Both the position numbers and the translations under genes were made by a program. A stretch of DNA of 64,000 nucleotides from Candidatus Dojkabacteria bacterium (GTDB taxonomy: Bacteria; Patescibacteriota; Dojkabacteria; B142; WJKM01), in assembly GCA_014729085.1 (NCBI GenBank), contig WJKM01000008.1, forward strand, positions 163 through 64,162, read 5' to 3'. Positions 29,398 to 39,921 of the stretch are shown in pieces. Within the stretch, counting starts at the first letter, position 1, and every line of letters begins with the position of its first letter. The notes below the pieces were generated by a model that saw only the letters and a list, made by a program, of their open reading frames with translations, did not search any database and was not told where the DNA came from.

Positions 29398-31155
29398 ATG
29401 TTTAGAGTATTAAAAAGCATTTTCCGCTTAATCTACAAATACCGATATGTTTATCTAGCAGCGTTGTTATTAATTGTTATTGCGTCTATATTAACAAATA
29501 TTAGACCTCTAATAATTAGGGAAATTGTAAATGAGATAGAAAATGAGATCTACACAGATGGGTATAAACTTTTTATAATTTTAATATTTATTACTTTTAT
29601 CCAGATAATAATTAGAAGTATAGCAATATATGTATCGGATATTGTTTTATTGAAAGCTACTAAGGATCTAAGGGTGAAGGTATTTGAACATCTCCATAAA
29701 TTAGATTTTGCATATCATTCAGATAAATCTTCAGGTTCCTTAATTAGTTTATTCAAAAGAGGTGAAGGTGCTTTTCTAAGTTTTTATGACCATATAAATC
29801 TGTGGGCTTTAGAAACAATCTTAGATTTTGTTTTTATGACTTTTATTTTTTTCAGCTTGTATCCGAAATTGGTAATTGTATCCGTTTTAACTTTTGTTAT
29901 CAACGCAGTATTTATGGTATTTACTGTAAGATTGAATGTTAAAAAGAGAAAAGAAGTAAACAACTGGGAGGATAAAATAACTGGTATAACGGTTGACAAC
30001 ATGGTTGCGTTTGATACAGTAAAACATTTTGCAAACGAAAGATATGAACAATCAAGACTTGAGAAAATCATAGAAAAATGGAGACAATCTGTTATGCTTT
30101 ACTCCCAAACTTTTAGAGTCATTGATCTTTCTAATGGAGGAATTGTTACCTTGGGAATGTTGACAGTTATAGGGGTTGCACTTTTCGATTTAGTGAATGG
30201 AAATATAAATACTGGAGATTTTGTACTGGCATTAAGTTTTGCAACTTTATTTTTTCCGAAAATGATTCATCTAGTTTTTAATTTCCGAGAAGTAGCAAAA
30301 CACTATGTTGACTTAAAAAGATATCTATCTGTTTTAGAAGAACCGGTACGAATTAAAGAGACGCCTAAACCTATCGCAATAAGAAAATGGAAAGAACTTG
30401 AGCGCGAGAATAAATATGATATTAAAATGCAGGACGTCGATTTTTCTTTTGACGGAAAAGTTGATGTTTTATCGGATATTAATATAGAAATTAAGTCTGG
30501 AGAGTCGGTTGCTTTAGTAGGAAAATCAGGTGCGGGCAAAACCACAATAACTAAGCTTTTGATGAGATTTTATGATCCACAGAAAGGACAAATTAAGATT
30601 GGTGGTATTGATATTAAAGACTTACCTAAAGAGAATTTTAGAAAGAAGATAGGCTTTGTACCTCAGGAAGCAATTCTTTTTAATGATACGATTGGTTATA
30701 ACTTGGCATATGGAAGAGAGGAATTCACAATGAATGAACTTATAGGAGCTGCTAAGATTGCTAATTTACATGATTTCATTAAAAGTCTACCTGAAGGTTT
30801 TCAAACAATTGTTGGAGAAAGAGGGATTAAGCTCTCTGGTGGTCAGAAGCAAAGGCTTGCAATTGCTCGAGTTGTAATGGAGAATGCCCCAATTATTATA
30901 TTTGACGAAGCAACAAGTAATCTAGATTCAGAATCTGAAAAGATGATACAGGAGGCATTTTGGAATATTGCAAAAACTAAAACGACAATCATAATTGCAC
31001 ATCGGCTTTCTACAGTTAGGAAATCAGATCGAATAATTGTTATGGATTCAGGTAAGATTGTGGAAATTGGAACTCATAAGCAGCTTACAAATAAACAATC
31101 AGGTATCTATAAACATCTTTGGGAGTTGCAAACAAGCGGAGAGTTGAGTGAATAA
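29398..31155 (+). CDS. ABC transporter, fused permease/ATPase (ABCB-type exporter)
   Basis: Six-TM N-domain, then Walker A GKSGAGKTT, signature LSGGQKQR, Walker B IIIFDEATS and an H-loop. Confidence 0.85.
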   Translation: MFRVLKSIFRLIYKYRYVYLAALLLIVIASILTNIRPLIIREIVNEIENEIYTDGYKLFIILIFITFIQIIIRSIAIYVSDIVLLKATKDLRVKVFEHLHKLDFAYHSDKSSGSLISLFKRGEGAFLSFYDHINLWALETILDFVFMTFIFFSLYPKLVIVSVLTFVINAVFMVFTVRLNVKKRKEVNNWEDKITGITVDNMVAFDTVKHFANERYEQSRLEKIIEKWRQSVMLYSQTFRVIDLSNGGIVTLGMLTVIGVALFDLVNGNINTGDFVLALSFATLFFPKMIHLVFNFREVAKHYVDLKRYLSVLEEPVRIKETPKPIAIRKWKELERENKYDIKMQDVDFSFDGKVDVLSDINIEIKSGESVALVGKSGAGKTTITKLLMRFYDPQKGQIKIGGIDIKDLPKENFRKKIGFVPQEAILFNDTIGYNLAYGREEFTMNELIGAAKIANLHDFIKSLPEGFQTIVGERGIKLSGGQKQRLAIARVVMENAPIIIFDEATSNLDSESEKMIQEAFWNIAKTKTTIIIAHRLSTVRKSDRIIVMDSGKIVEIGTHKQLTNKQSGIYKHLWELQTSGELSE

Positions 31156-31292
31156 GTATCCTAGGTAGATCTGTTTCATGAATAGAAAGAAGTTTACTAG
31201 TTGTGTACTAAGGATTTGGTGATTTTAAGCCCATTTAATTTTTGATTGGATTGTTATTGTTTTATTTATAATTCTTATTTAGTTAATAAAGA

Positions 31293-31892
31293 ATGAAATA
31301 TATTTTAGTACGACATGGAGAAACGAAGGAAAATAAAGAAGGTATTTTTCAAGGTCAAAATGATGGAACCCTGACTAGAAAGGGTTTAGAACAAACAGAG
31401 AGAGTTGCTTCAAGACTTAAAAAGGAGAAAATTGATGCGATATTTTCGAGTGATTTAGGTAGAACAGCATATATGGCTAGAACTATTGGGAAGTATCATC
31501 CAGAAATACCTATATATTTTAATAAAAAGTTAAGAGAGAGGGATTTAGGAAGTTTTGTTGGTAAAAAGAAATCTTTAGTTGATTGGATGAATCCGCCACC
31601 TGATATAGAAACTAAAGAAGAGATGAGATATCGTCTTTCTCAGATTTTTAGAAAAATTTGTGAAGCGGATTTTGGTCAAAATATACTTTTCGTAGGTCAC
31701 AGTGGCACAAACAAACTACTCATAACTTTAATATTAGACAAACCTCTAAGCTATCTTGCAAAGATAGAGTCCCAACCAAATGCTTCAATTACAATCATAA
31801 GTGATGATGGTGAGGGAAATAACGAAATTCAAACTTTAAATGATATTAGTTATTTAAATGAAGGGGAGAAAGATATTTATTTCTCCCCTTAG
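31293..31892 (+). CDS. Histidine phosphatase (phosphoglycerate mutase-like) family protein
   Basis: ILVRHGETKEN RHG motif and the downstream GHSG His. Confidence 0.7.
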   Translation: MKYILVRHGETKENKEGIFQGQNDGTLTRKGLEQTERVASRLKKEKIDAIFSSDLGRTAYMARTIGKYHPEIPIYFNKKLRERDLGSFVGKKKSLVDWMNPPPDIETKEEMRYRLSQIFRKICEADFGQNILFVGHSGTNKLLITLILDKPLSYLAKIESQPNASITIISDDGEGNNEIQTLNDISYLNEGEKDIYFSP

Positions 31893-31903
31893 ACGATTTA
31901 AAC

Positions 31904-32563
31904 CTAGTTCAATTGGAACATACTCATAGCAGATTGAAGGTCTTGAATTTCCTCTTTTGTACTATCTTCTTCGTAAGCTGTTGCGGCGGTATATATTGTT
32001 GATTCATCAGCTTTCCATAGAGCTTTAGTTTCGATTACCATGATGAAACCATCTCCCATATCAGCGGTTACCTTCGAAGTACACATTTCAGTTCCACCCT
32101 TTGAAGAATGTTCAGAGGATAGTATTTCACCAGTATAGACTGAGGATACTCCATTAGCCATTTCATCGCAAGCATTCTTGTCCCCCTCACCTATTTCTGA
32201 TCCAAGATCCATTTGGTTGGCTCCAATATTATTAGCACCACCAAGGTCATTCATCTCAGTTGATCGGAAGGATAGTTCTTGTTGAGGGTTATCATAGGCT
32301 TCATAGTAGCTTGGATAGTAAAAAGTGTATCCATCTCCAGCTGTAGAGTCAAGATTCTCATTATCTGTCTCAACCTCTTCAGAATCGTCTGCATCCATAT
32401 CTTCCTCGTCCTCAATATCTGCTTCGGTTTCAATTGGAGTTTCGTCTTCTGGGTTTCTGTCCGTTGTATCATCTGATCCAGGTGTACAACCTAAAACAAG
32501 AAAAGCAAGAAGAGCAACGAAAATTGCAAGCACTATGCTTAATCGTTTCTTTTTGATTTGCAT
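31904..32563 (-). CDS. Acidic lipoprotein, hypothetical
   Basis: MQIKKKRLSIVLAIFVALLAFLVLGCTPG has lipobox VLGC. It is followed by an extremely acidic D/E-rich region. Confidence 0.5.
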   Translation of the reverse strand: MQIKKKRLSIVLAIFVALLAFLVLGCTPGSDDTTDRNPEDETPIETEADIEDEEDMDADDSEEVETDNENLDSTAGDGYTFYYPSYYEAYDNPQQELSFRSTEMNDLGGANNIGANQMDLGSEIGEGDKNACDEMANGVSSVYTGEILSSEHSSKGGTEMCTSKVTADMGDGFIMVIETKALWKADESTIYTAATAYEEDSTKEEIQDLQSAMSMFQLN

Positions 32564-32760
32564 TTAAATTATTTAAAAATTAAATTAGCTTCTTTCTGCT
32601 AGTTATTTACTAATATTAGCAGATTAGATTAAGAAAAGCACATAATCCTCGCTACGCTCGGAATTATTTGCCTTCATCCCGTAAAACAGGATTTCGGCAG
32701 CTTGTATGTAAAAATGTAAATTTTACAAAATTTCTAATTTCCGTAACAAGCAACTATGTA

Positions 32761-34416
32761 TTATACATTAGTAAATTCATAGACTCGTTTTAGTATTTGT
32801 TGGTATGAAGGATGATCCTCTTTTAGTTTTTTAGGTTGCCAATATACGCACCCCTTAGATTCGTCAGCTGTATAGACTTCTTCTAAATCAATTTTTTCAT
32901 CGAGTAAGGCTTGGGTTATATCAGTTGACGTTTGATGATAACCACATATTTGGTGGGGTATTAATTCGATGTTTTTTAATTTTTCATTATAGTAATGAAG
33001 ATTTACTGCTATACCTTGTCTTGTTTCGAGTTCATGAGTTTGGTCAAATATAAAATTTCCAAGGCTGTAAATTATGGGAGTATTTTTGTAAAATTCAATA
33101 CTTTGCACCCAATGAGGATGGCTACCAATTATTAAATCAGCCCCATTGTCAACGAGAGCATGAGCGAGTTCGATTTGATGTTTGGTTGGTTTATTCGTAT
33201 ATTCGACTCCCCAGCTCATGTAAATTATGGAGTAGTCAGCATTATACCCATAATCTGCTTCTTGTGATTTTAATCTTTTAATTGCTTCAACGTTTGTTTT
33301 ATTTACAGACAGCATACTCTCAGAAATTTTTGAAAAGGTATAAGTACCATATCTTTCATTTTTATCTATAGGTTCTGGAAGTCCAGTTTCTGGGTTCTCT
33401 TTAAAATTCCAAGGCCAAGTGGGTATCCAGTAGTAGGAAGCAACATCTTCAGCTCCAATCATTGCATATGTTTTCCCATTTAAAGTTTTTGTCGCAATAT
33501 TTAAGTTATTAGATGGTGATACTTTGGTACTTATGAAACCTGTACCGGTGACTTCAATAGTATTTTTTTCTAATAGTTCAATAGTATTTTGCATCGCTTT
33601 TTGACCAGCATCTCCAGCATGATTTCCTGCAGTTGAAATGAAATCGAATCCTACTTCTCCGAGACCTTCTGCTACTTTCTCATCCCCAGTAAACATCATA
33701 CACCCGGTGCATGGGGTTGGATCTCCAAGAAGCGAATTTTCCAGTAGAGCAATTGAAATATCTGCAGATTCAATGTCTTTTCTGAAAAAATCGAAAAGAT
33801 ATGTGTAGTCTTCATATTTATTTAATCCTAAACGATCCACTGCTCTGGCCGGTATGATTTCTCCTGCAGCAAAAAAAGTCATAATTTGTTCACGGTCTGT
33901 AATGTAATCCTCATTAATTTCTTGGTATCTTTTTATTGTATTCTGTAAAGGATATTTAGACGCTTGAAATCCTTCCGACCAGAAATATTGATTGTCGATA
34001 CTTATAGTTTTGTAATTAGGTTTAACTTGGCTAGGTGTCAACAATGCAATATTCCCTTTCTCTAATTCCGTTTCAATTTCAGAATAGTCAACTATTGAAA
34101 CAAGGTTTATTAATTTATTTGGAAGAAATTCTTTATTTATATATGGGGTTATAAGATTTTGTTTTTTAAGTTCAGAATAAGTGTAGTTGTTTTTGGGATT
34201 GGTAAATTTTGTAACTGCTAGAAAAAAAATGTTGTAATTTTTAAGATTATCTTCGATTTCTCTCAGGTACACTGCCTTTTCGTTTTCAATATCTATCATT
34301 GCCTTCCCTTTTTCTTGAATGAAAAAAAATATTAAAACAACAAAGCTTGCACCTATTACAATTAGTAAAATTGTTTTAATAACTTTCTTAATGTTTACTG
34401 ATTTATATTCACGCAA
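32761..34416 (-). CDS. CapA-family (PGA_cap) metallophosphatase-like protein
   Basis: N-terminal TM. Motifs are GDPTPCTGCMMFTGDE, TAGNHAGDAG, GSHPHWVQ and LGNFIFDQ, as in poly-gamma-glutamate CapA. Confidence 0.7.
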   Translation of the reverse strand: MREYKSVNIKKVIKTILLIVIGASFVVLIFFFIQEKGKAMIDIENEKAVYLREIEDNLKNYNIFFLAVTKFTNPKNNYTYSELKKQNLITPYINKEFLPNKLINLVSIVDYSEIETELEKGNIALLTPSQVKPNYKTISIDNQYFWSEGFQASKYPLQNTIKRYQEINEDYITDREQIMTFFAAGEIIPARAVDRLGLNKYEDYTYLFDFFRKDIESADISIALLENSLLGDPTPCTGCMMFTGDEKVAEGLGEVGFDFISTAGNHAGDAGQKAMQNTIELLEKNTIEVTGTGFISTKVSPSNNLNIATKTLNGKTYAMIGAEDVASYYWIPTWPWNFKENPETGLPEPIDKNERYGTYTFSKISESMLSVNKTNVEAIKRLKSQEADYGYNADYSIIYMSWGVEYTNKPTKHQIELAHALVDNGADLIIGSHPHWVQSIEFYKNTPIIYSLGNFIFDQTHELETRQGIAVNLHYYNEKLKNIELIPHQICGYHQTSTDITQALLDEKIDLEEVYTADESKGCVYWQPKKLKEDHPSYQQILKRVYEFTNV

Positions 34417-35462
34417 GGATTTGAATTTGCAAAATTAATATTTTCTTTTTCAACAAACTTTTTAATCTGCATATTGATTTCATCCTTAGTATTAATGAAA
34501 TCGTTGAAATTGTCGTTTTTCATATAATAGACAACTTCTGTAATAATTGAATATTGATTAATTTCTGAGATAGTAACTCTAATATTGTCTTTTTCCGTCA
34601 TTTTTTGATTATTAATAATTTCTGAGATGCGCGTCTTGAGATGAGAAATTTTTTGACTTTCAGTATTTGTATCTAGATATAGATTGAAGCTAACTCTACG
34701 TTTATCTCTATTACTAAAATTATATATTCTGGAATTTAAAATATCATCGTTTGGAATAAGTAGGTCTTCCCCGCTTATAGTTTTAATAGAGGTATTTTTG
34801 AACCCAATTTTTTCTACAGTTCCCTTTTGGTCTTTATCAAGTTTGATAAAGTCTCCAATTTTGAAAGGTTTATTGACGAGTATAATAAATCCACTAAAAA
34901 TATCTTTGAGAATATTCTGTACAGCTAGTGCTATTGCAACACCTCCTACTCCTATACTTGTGATTAAGGAACTAATGTCATAACCGATGTTTGAGAGGAA
35001 TAATAATATACCAAGAATCCAAACTACAATTATCAAAAATTTTGAAATGAAAGTATACAATGATCTGGACTCTGGATGTTGCGGTTCATGTTCTTCTGCA
35101 TAGGATTCAAAAAAGGCTTTGATTGCACCTTGAACTAAGAAAATAATCTGAAGAGTTAAGGCAGATTGGAAAACTAACGTTAAAAGTGTGTTCAAGCGTG
35201 CTTCGATTTTTAATGAGAAAGATATTAGATATCCAATGAGAATTAATAATAAAGGAAATTTAATTTGTTTTAATATCTCCATTAAAAATTTATTAATTCT
35301 AGAACCTGTTAGCAAAGTTTTTGTTTTTTGTTTCTTGATTAAATAATTCAGATAAATACGAAGCAATATTATAAACAAGAGTAAAAAAAGAATTGTGTTT
35401 AAAAGATCACGGGTAAGGTAAATCGAAATTTGTTTTTGAATCTGATAGGCTATTTCTGTCAT
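34395..35462 (-). CDS. Small-conductance mechanosensitive channel (MscS family)
   Basis: Multi-TM N-terminus, then the MscS beta-domain region FKIGDFIKLD...GTVEKIGFKNTSIKT. Confidence 0.7.
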   Translation of the reverse strand: MTEIAYQIQKQISIYLTRDLLNTILFLLLFIILLRIYLNYLIKKQKTKTLLTGSRINKFLMEILKQIKFPLLLILIGYLISFSLKIEARLNTLLTLVFQSALTLQIIFLVQGAIKAFFESYAEEHEPQHPESRSLYTFISKFLIIVVWILGILLFLSNIGYDISSLITSIGVGGVAIALAVQNILKDIFSGFIILVNKPFKIGDFIKLDKDQKGTVEKIGFKNTSIKTISGEDLLIPNDDILNSRIYNFSNRDKRRVSFNLYLDTNTESQKISHLKTRISEIINNQKMTEKDNIRVTISEINQYSIITEVVYYMKNDNFNDFINTKDEINMQIKKFVEKENINFANSNPCVNINQ

Positions 35463-35575
35463 GGTTTTTCTAGAAACTAAAAATTTACTAGTTATTATAT
35501 ATTAATCTAAATTTCTTGTTATATAAAGTTTAGCAGGTTAGAATTATTTAATATTTATTTAAGGTAGAGTTAGTT

Positions 35576-36739
35576 ATGAAGAATGACTTCAAGACTATAT
35601 CATTTGCTCATGCATCTTATGGAGTTCTTTCAAAGTTAATTAGTATTTTTGGTATTGTATTTTTTTATAAAATATTTGATTTTTCTCTATCTAAGACCTT
35701 ATTTCTTTTCGGTGTAATTTTTACATCTTATGGAATTTTAGTTAGATATTCTACCGGGATGCTGGGGAAGATAGGAATGAGCAAAAGTGCCCGTTTTGGT
35801 TTGATTGCATTTGGTCTCACTTTTTGCTGTCTTGCTCTTTTTGATAAAACTCAAAATACTCTATTTTTATTATTATTTATAATATCTAATGTACTTGGAA
35901 AATTGTTTTATCACATACCTTCACAAATTTTTAGAGTTGAGACCATAAAAAGCGGAGAGTTGGGAGATAAATTGGGTTTTATGAAGATCTTGTGGGATAT
36001 TGTCGGATTTTTAACACCAATAGCAGGAGGTTTTTTAAGTGAATACCTTGGAAGTGTAGGACTTCTGATATTAGTTTTTATTGCCTTGGTACCGTCAATG
36101 TATTTTTATTCCAAATTAGAAAATATTAAATATAACTTTACATTAAAGTCAGGACATTTTTTTAAGGATAGAACATATAGGAATTTACTGAAGCTTTCAT
36201 TTATTGCAAGTTTTCAGAATCCTGTAATTTATATTTGGCCTATCTGGATATTTGTTAGTTTGAATTCAAGTTTTAAAAATTTAGGAATCTTTTCTTCAAT
36301 TGTAATGTTTTTTTCATTAATCTTAATAAAAATTTTTGGTAAATATCTGGACAAACACAACAAAAAAGATGCATTAATTAAATTGATTTTTTTTAGAGGG
36401 CTTGATTTTATTTTGAAATTTCTAAGTATTAACCAAATTATTTTATTTGTATCTGATATATATGGAAAAATCAATCGAGCATTGTTCTCAATTGCACATG
36501 ATACATATCTTTTTAGTTGGTACGAACACCATGATTCAAAACAGCTGTTTGATGAGAGAATTGCACTAAGGGAATTTGCATTGAATATTTTAATAGGTTT
36601 GTATTTGCTTTCATTATCATTCTTGAATTTATTTTTTTACTTTTCCATCAATTCAATTTTTCTGCTGTTTGGAATAATATATTTTATATTATATTTGAAA
36701 TTTGAATTGTGGGATAGTTTTAGAAATGAAGGTTCCTAA
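35576..36739 (+). CDS. Polytopic membrane protein, hypothetical (transporter-like)
   Basis: About 10-12 predicted TM helices; no diagnostic motif. Confidence 0.45.
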   Translation: MKNDFKTISFAHASYGVLSKLISIFGIVFFYKIFDFSLSKTLFLFGVIFTSYGILVRYSTGMLGKIGMSKSARFGLIAFGLTFCCLALFDKTQNTLFLLLFIISNVLGKLFYHIPSQIFRVETIKSGELGDKLGFMKILWDIVGFLTPIAGGFLSEYLGSVGLLILVFIALVPSMYFYSKLENIKYNFTLKSGHFFKDRTYRNLLKLSFIASFQNPVIYIWPIWIFVSLNSSFKNLGIFSSIVMFFSLILIKIFGKYLDKHNKKDALIKLIFFRGLDFILKFLSINQIILFVSDIYGKINRALFSIAHDTYLFSWYEHHDSKQLFDERIALREFALNILIGLYLLSLSFLNLFFYFSINSIFLLFGIIYFILYLKFELWDSFRNEGS

Positions 36740-39700
36740 TTTTTTTCATAACTTCTTTGATAAGCTTCTTCAGATTTTCAATATCTTGCCGAGGAATTTC
36801 GAAGCTAACTTTTTTGAAATCCTTTTTTTTGCTTTTTATGAAGTCAAGTTCGCATTTTCTAACTACATATGGAAATCTGGAATCAAGTTCAGAAATTAAC
36901 TTATAAAATACAAGTTGCCGATATAGATTTGATTTTTCATCTCCATCTATTGGCTTTGTTATTACGCCTTTAGTCTTAGGTTTGCTCGTTTTATAATCGA
37001 TAACTTTCACCTGTTTTGAGGTCTTATCAATCCATTCAATTTTATCTATCTTTGCGATTAGAGGAATATCTCCAAGATAAACTCCACTACCGTAGAAACT
37101 ATATTCTAAGGCAACTGGAATGACAAAATCATCTTTATAATAGTCGTACCAGTTGGAAAGGATATCATTTCCCTCAGATAGTGTTTCTTCAAACTCTTCA
37201 TGCCCTAGAAATTCTTTTTGTAGAGTCTTTTTAAAAAATTCAAGTAATATAGATTTATCTAGAATCTTATTGGAATTTTGTTTTGAAGAACGCATATAAT
37301 TTCTAAAAAAGAATTCCAATGCTGAATGTACAGCTGTTCCTAAGGCCTGGCCTTTTGTTTTGACTTTAGGCATTCGTAATAAATTATTATAAAGAAACTT
37401 TTGAGGATCCTCTAAATAATTATTTAGGGCTGTAACTGATAATTTGAAATCTTTAAGTATTTCTTTTAGATATATTCTTTCTTTTTTGTCCAGATTTAAT
37501 TTTGTTGGGGTGTTAAATTCTAGAAGTAGGACATCTTCTATTGTATTTTCTAAATCTTGAGTATCTGTTTTGTGAATTAAGTTTTTGTCCAGTTCTTCTA
37601 AAAATTGCGAGGGTGTTGCCTGTGAAGTTCGTTGATCCTTATTGTATTCTTCGGAAAAGCTTAAAAATATTTTGTTTTTTGCTCTTGTTAAGGCAACATA
37701 AAAAAGACGTCTCTCTTCTTCAAGTTTTTCTTTTTTGTCTATTCCTGGTAATAACTCTATCAAGTCAGGTTTTTCTATATTCTCTGTTGACTTATGATTT
37801 AAATTAGTATTAATAAGTTTAATTTTGTTTATAACCCGCATGTTGCTCCAAGTTTTCTCTATTACTTTTGGTATAAAGATATGTTCGAATTCGAGACCCT
37901 TTGCTGCATGAGCAGTAAGCATATTAACTCCTTTGTCCTGTGATTTAAATGTTTCTTTTTCAAGTTTGATATTTGCTTCTTCAAGAACATCACAGTCTTT
38001 TAGAAAGTTAGGCATTTTGTAATCTTTTTTCTCTCTAGTTCTGGTTTTTATAAAATCAAAAATTGTTTTTAAAGAATTTAGATCATCTAAATTTTTTGTA
38101 GACTTTATGAATTTCAAAAGGTTTGATTCATTAATTACTAAGTCAAAAAATTGTACAAAAGAGAGGTTTTGGTCAGCTTGTTTCCACTCAAGCATTTTTT
38201 CAGCTAGTTTCTTTATTTCTTTTGAGTGTTGAATTCCTGCCTCCTGGAGTAAGTTTTCATCTAACATACAATCAAATAGGGTTTTGTTTCTAATTTTTTT
38301 ATTGTATCCAACAAATCGATACAGTTTGAATACATCCAATCTATTTAGTTCTAAAAAATTAAAAAGAAGTATATCTATTAAATGGTCATTTATGTTCGGA
38401 TTATCAATTGCTTTAAATAGTTTAATAAGCTGAACTATAATTTCTTCTTCAAGGATGTTGCTTTTTGCAATCAAGTTAACAGGTATATCTGATCTTAATA
38501 AAAAGTCAAGAATTTCTTCTCCATCTGAATGTTTCCTGTAGATTATGGCTATTTCATTTGGATCTGTCCCCTTTTTAATTAAGGATTTGATTTTTTCACA
38601 GATAGCAAAGTATTCTATTTCGTTCCTTGAAAATTTGGACAAGACTATTGCCTCTTGGTTATCTGTCTGACGTCCGGAAGTCAAATTTTTATCCAGTTTT
38701 TTTATTTTATTTGTCAAACGTTGAGAATTTTTTTTGATTAGGGAGGAAGCAAAATCTATGATTTGTTGATTTGATCTGTAGTTTGTATGAATAGTTATTA
38801 CTTTTGATCTTGGATAAGTCTGCTTGAATTCTAGTATGTTTTCTAGATTGGCACCTTGAAATCTATATATTGACTGATCATCGTCTCCTACAACAAATAT
38901 ATTTGGATAATCATCCCAGCTTCCTAAAGTCTTAATAACTTCATTTTGTGCTCCATTAGTATCTTGGTATTCATCAACCAAAATATATAGATATTGCTCT
39001 TGATAGTAAGCAAGTAGTTCATCGTCGGTTTTCAATTTATCAGTTACAAAGGAAATCATATCTGTAAAGTCATATTTACCTTTCTCTTTTAAGTTTTTTT
39101 CATACAATTTATATAAATTTAGTAATTCAATATTTTTTGATATATCTTTATATGCTTTTGACCACTTCCCATAAGGTTTATTAGTTCTTGGATTGATTTT
39201 TTTTAGTTCATTAAATACTTTGATTGTTTGAATTATCATGTTTTCAAATTTTTCTATATTTATATATTCCCTTTTTAAGGTGGAAATGAGATGAACGATA
39301 TCCTTCTGGTAATAAAAAGGTGCATAGAATGGTTTTAAAATTTTCTTGTTAGAATTCTTTAAGTCTTTTTGAATATTTTTGTCTTTAAAATATTTACTGA
39401 ATTTTTTATATGTCTTGGAAGGATCATGATTATCTAATAATTGTTGAATTATTTTGTATTTATCTAATTCATCAAGTTGCGTTAGGTTATTATGAAAGGC
39501 AAATTTTTCCGGAAATGTTTGAATTACTTCGTTACAAAAGCTATGAAAAGTTGATATTTTTACTTTGTATGCATCACTCCCGATAAATTCTATAAGTCTT
39601 TGTCGCATATTGTAAGTAGCTGTTTCGGTAAAGGTCATTGCTAAAATATTTTGCGGTTTGGTATCAGTTTTTTTAAGAATATTGGCAATCCTTAGAGCAA

Positions 39701-39815
39701 GAATTTGCGTCTTCCCAGTTCCTGGACCTGCTACTACTAAAACGGGTCCTTGGAGTGAATCTACAGCTTTCTTTTGATCTTCGTTTAGTTGCTTATAAGC
39801 AGGTTTAAATTTCAT
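36720..39815 (-). CDS. UvrD/PcrA-type SF1 helicase fused to C-terminal RecB-family PD-(D/E)xK nuclease (AddA-like)
   Basis: Walker A VVAGPGTGKTQIL and UvrD motifs. The C-terminus has IAKIDKIE...VIDYKTSK (D...DxK) and the YRQLVFY QhxxY motif of RecB/Cas4 nucleases. Confidence 0.8.
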   Translation of the reverse strand: MKFKPAYKQLNEDQKKAVDSLQGPVLVVAGPGTGKTQILALRIANILKKTDTKPQNILAMTFTETATYNMRQRLIEFIGSDAYKVKISTFHSFCNEVIQTFPEKFAFHNNLTQLDELDKYKIIQQLLDNHDPSKTYKKFSKYFKDKNIQKDLKNSNKKILKPFYAPFYYQKDIVHLISTLKREYINIEKFENMIIQTIKVFNELKKINPRTNKPYGKWSKAYKDISKNIELLNLYKLYEKNLKEKGKYDFTDMISFVTDKLKTDDELLAYYQEQYLYILVDEYQDTNGAQNEVIKTLGSWDDYPNIFVVGDDDQSIYRFQGANLENILEFKQTYPRSKVITIHTNYRSNQQIIDFASSLIKKNSQRLTNKIKKLDKNLTSGRQTDNQEAIVLSKFSRNEIEYFAICEKIKSLIKKGTDPNEIAIIYRKHSDGEEILDFLLRSDIPVNLIAKSNILEEEIIVQLIKLFKAIDNPNINDHLIDILLFNFLELNRLDVFKLYRFVGYNKKIRNKTLFDCMLDENLLQEAGIQHSKEIKKLAEKMLEWKQADQNLSFVQFFDLVINESNLLKFIKSTKNLDDLNSLKTIFDFIKTRTREKKDYKMPNFLKDCDVLEEANIKLEKETFKSQDKGVNMLTAHAAKGLEFEHIFIPKVIEKTWSNMRVINKIKLINTNLNHKSTENIEKPDLIELLPGIDKKEKLEEERRLFYVALTRAKNKIFLSFSEEYNKDQRTSQATPSQFLEELDKNLIHKTDTQDLENTIEDVLLLEFNTPTKLNLDKKERIYLKEILKDFKLSVTALNNYLEDPQKFLYNNLLRMPKVKTKGQALGTAVHSALEFFFRNYMRSSKQNSNKILDKSILLEFFKKTLQKEFLGHEEFEETLSEGNDILSNWYDYYKDDFVIPVALEYSFYGSGVYLGDIPLIAKIDKIEWIDKTSKQVKVIDYKTSKPKTKGVITKPIDGDEKSNLYRQLVFYKLISELDSRFPYVVRKCELDFIKSKKKDFKKVSFEIPRQDIENLKKLIKEVMKKIRNLHF

Positions 39816-39921
39816 GTTGTATTTCCAACTTTAATTAAAGCTTTACCTTATAGGTAGATGATATTATAATTTGATTAAACAATAAAGCGTAAGAAATAAT
39901 TAAACCTACCAAGGTATCTTC

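Noticed and set aside
32251-32567. Three short ORFs overlapping the acidic lipoprotein gene 31904..32563
   Set aside because: They are alternate frames or antisense of a GA-rich acidic coding region. None has start context or motifs.
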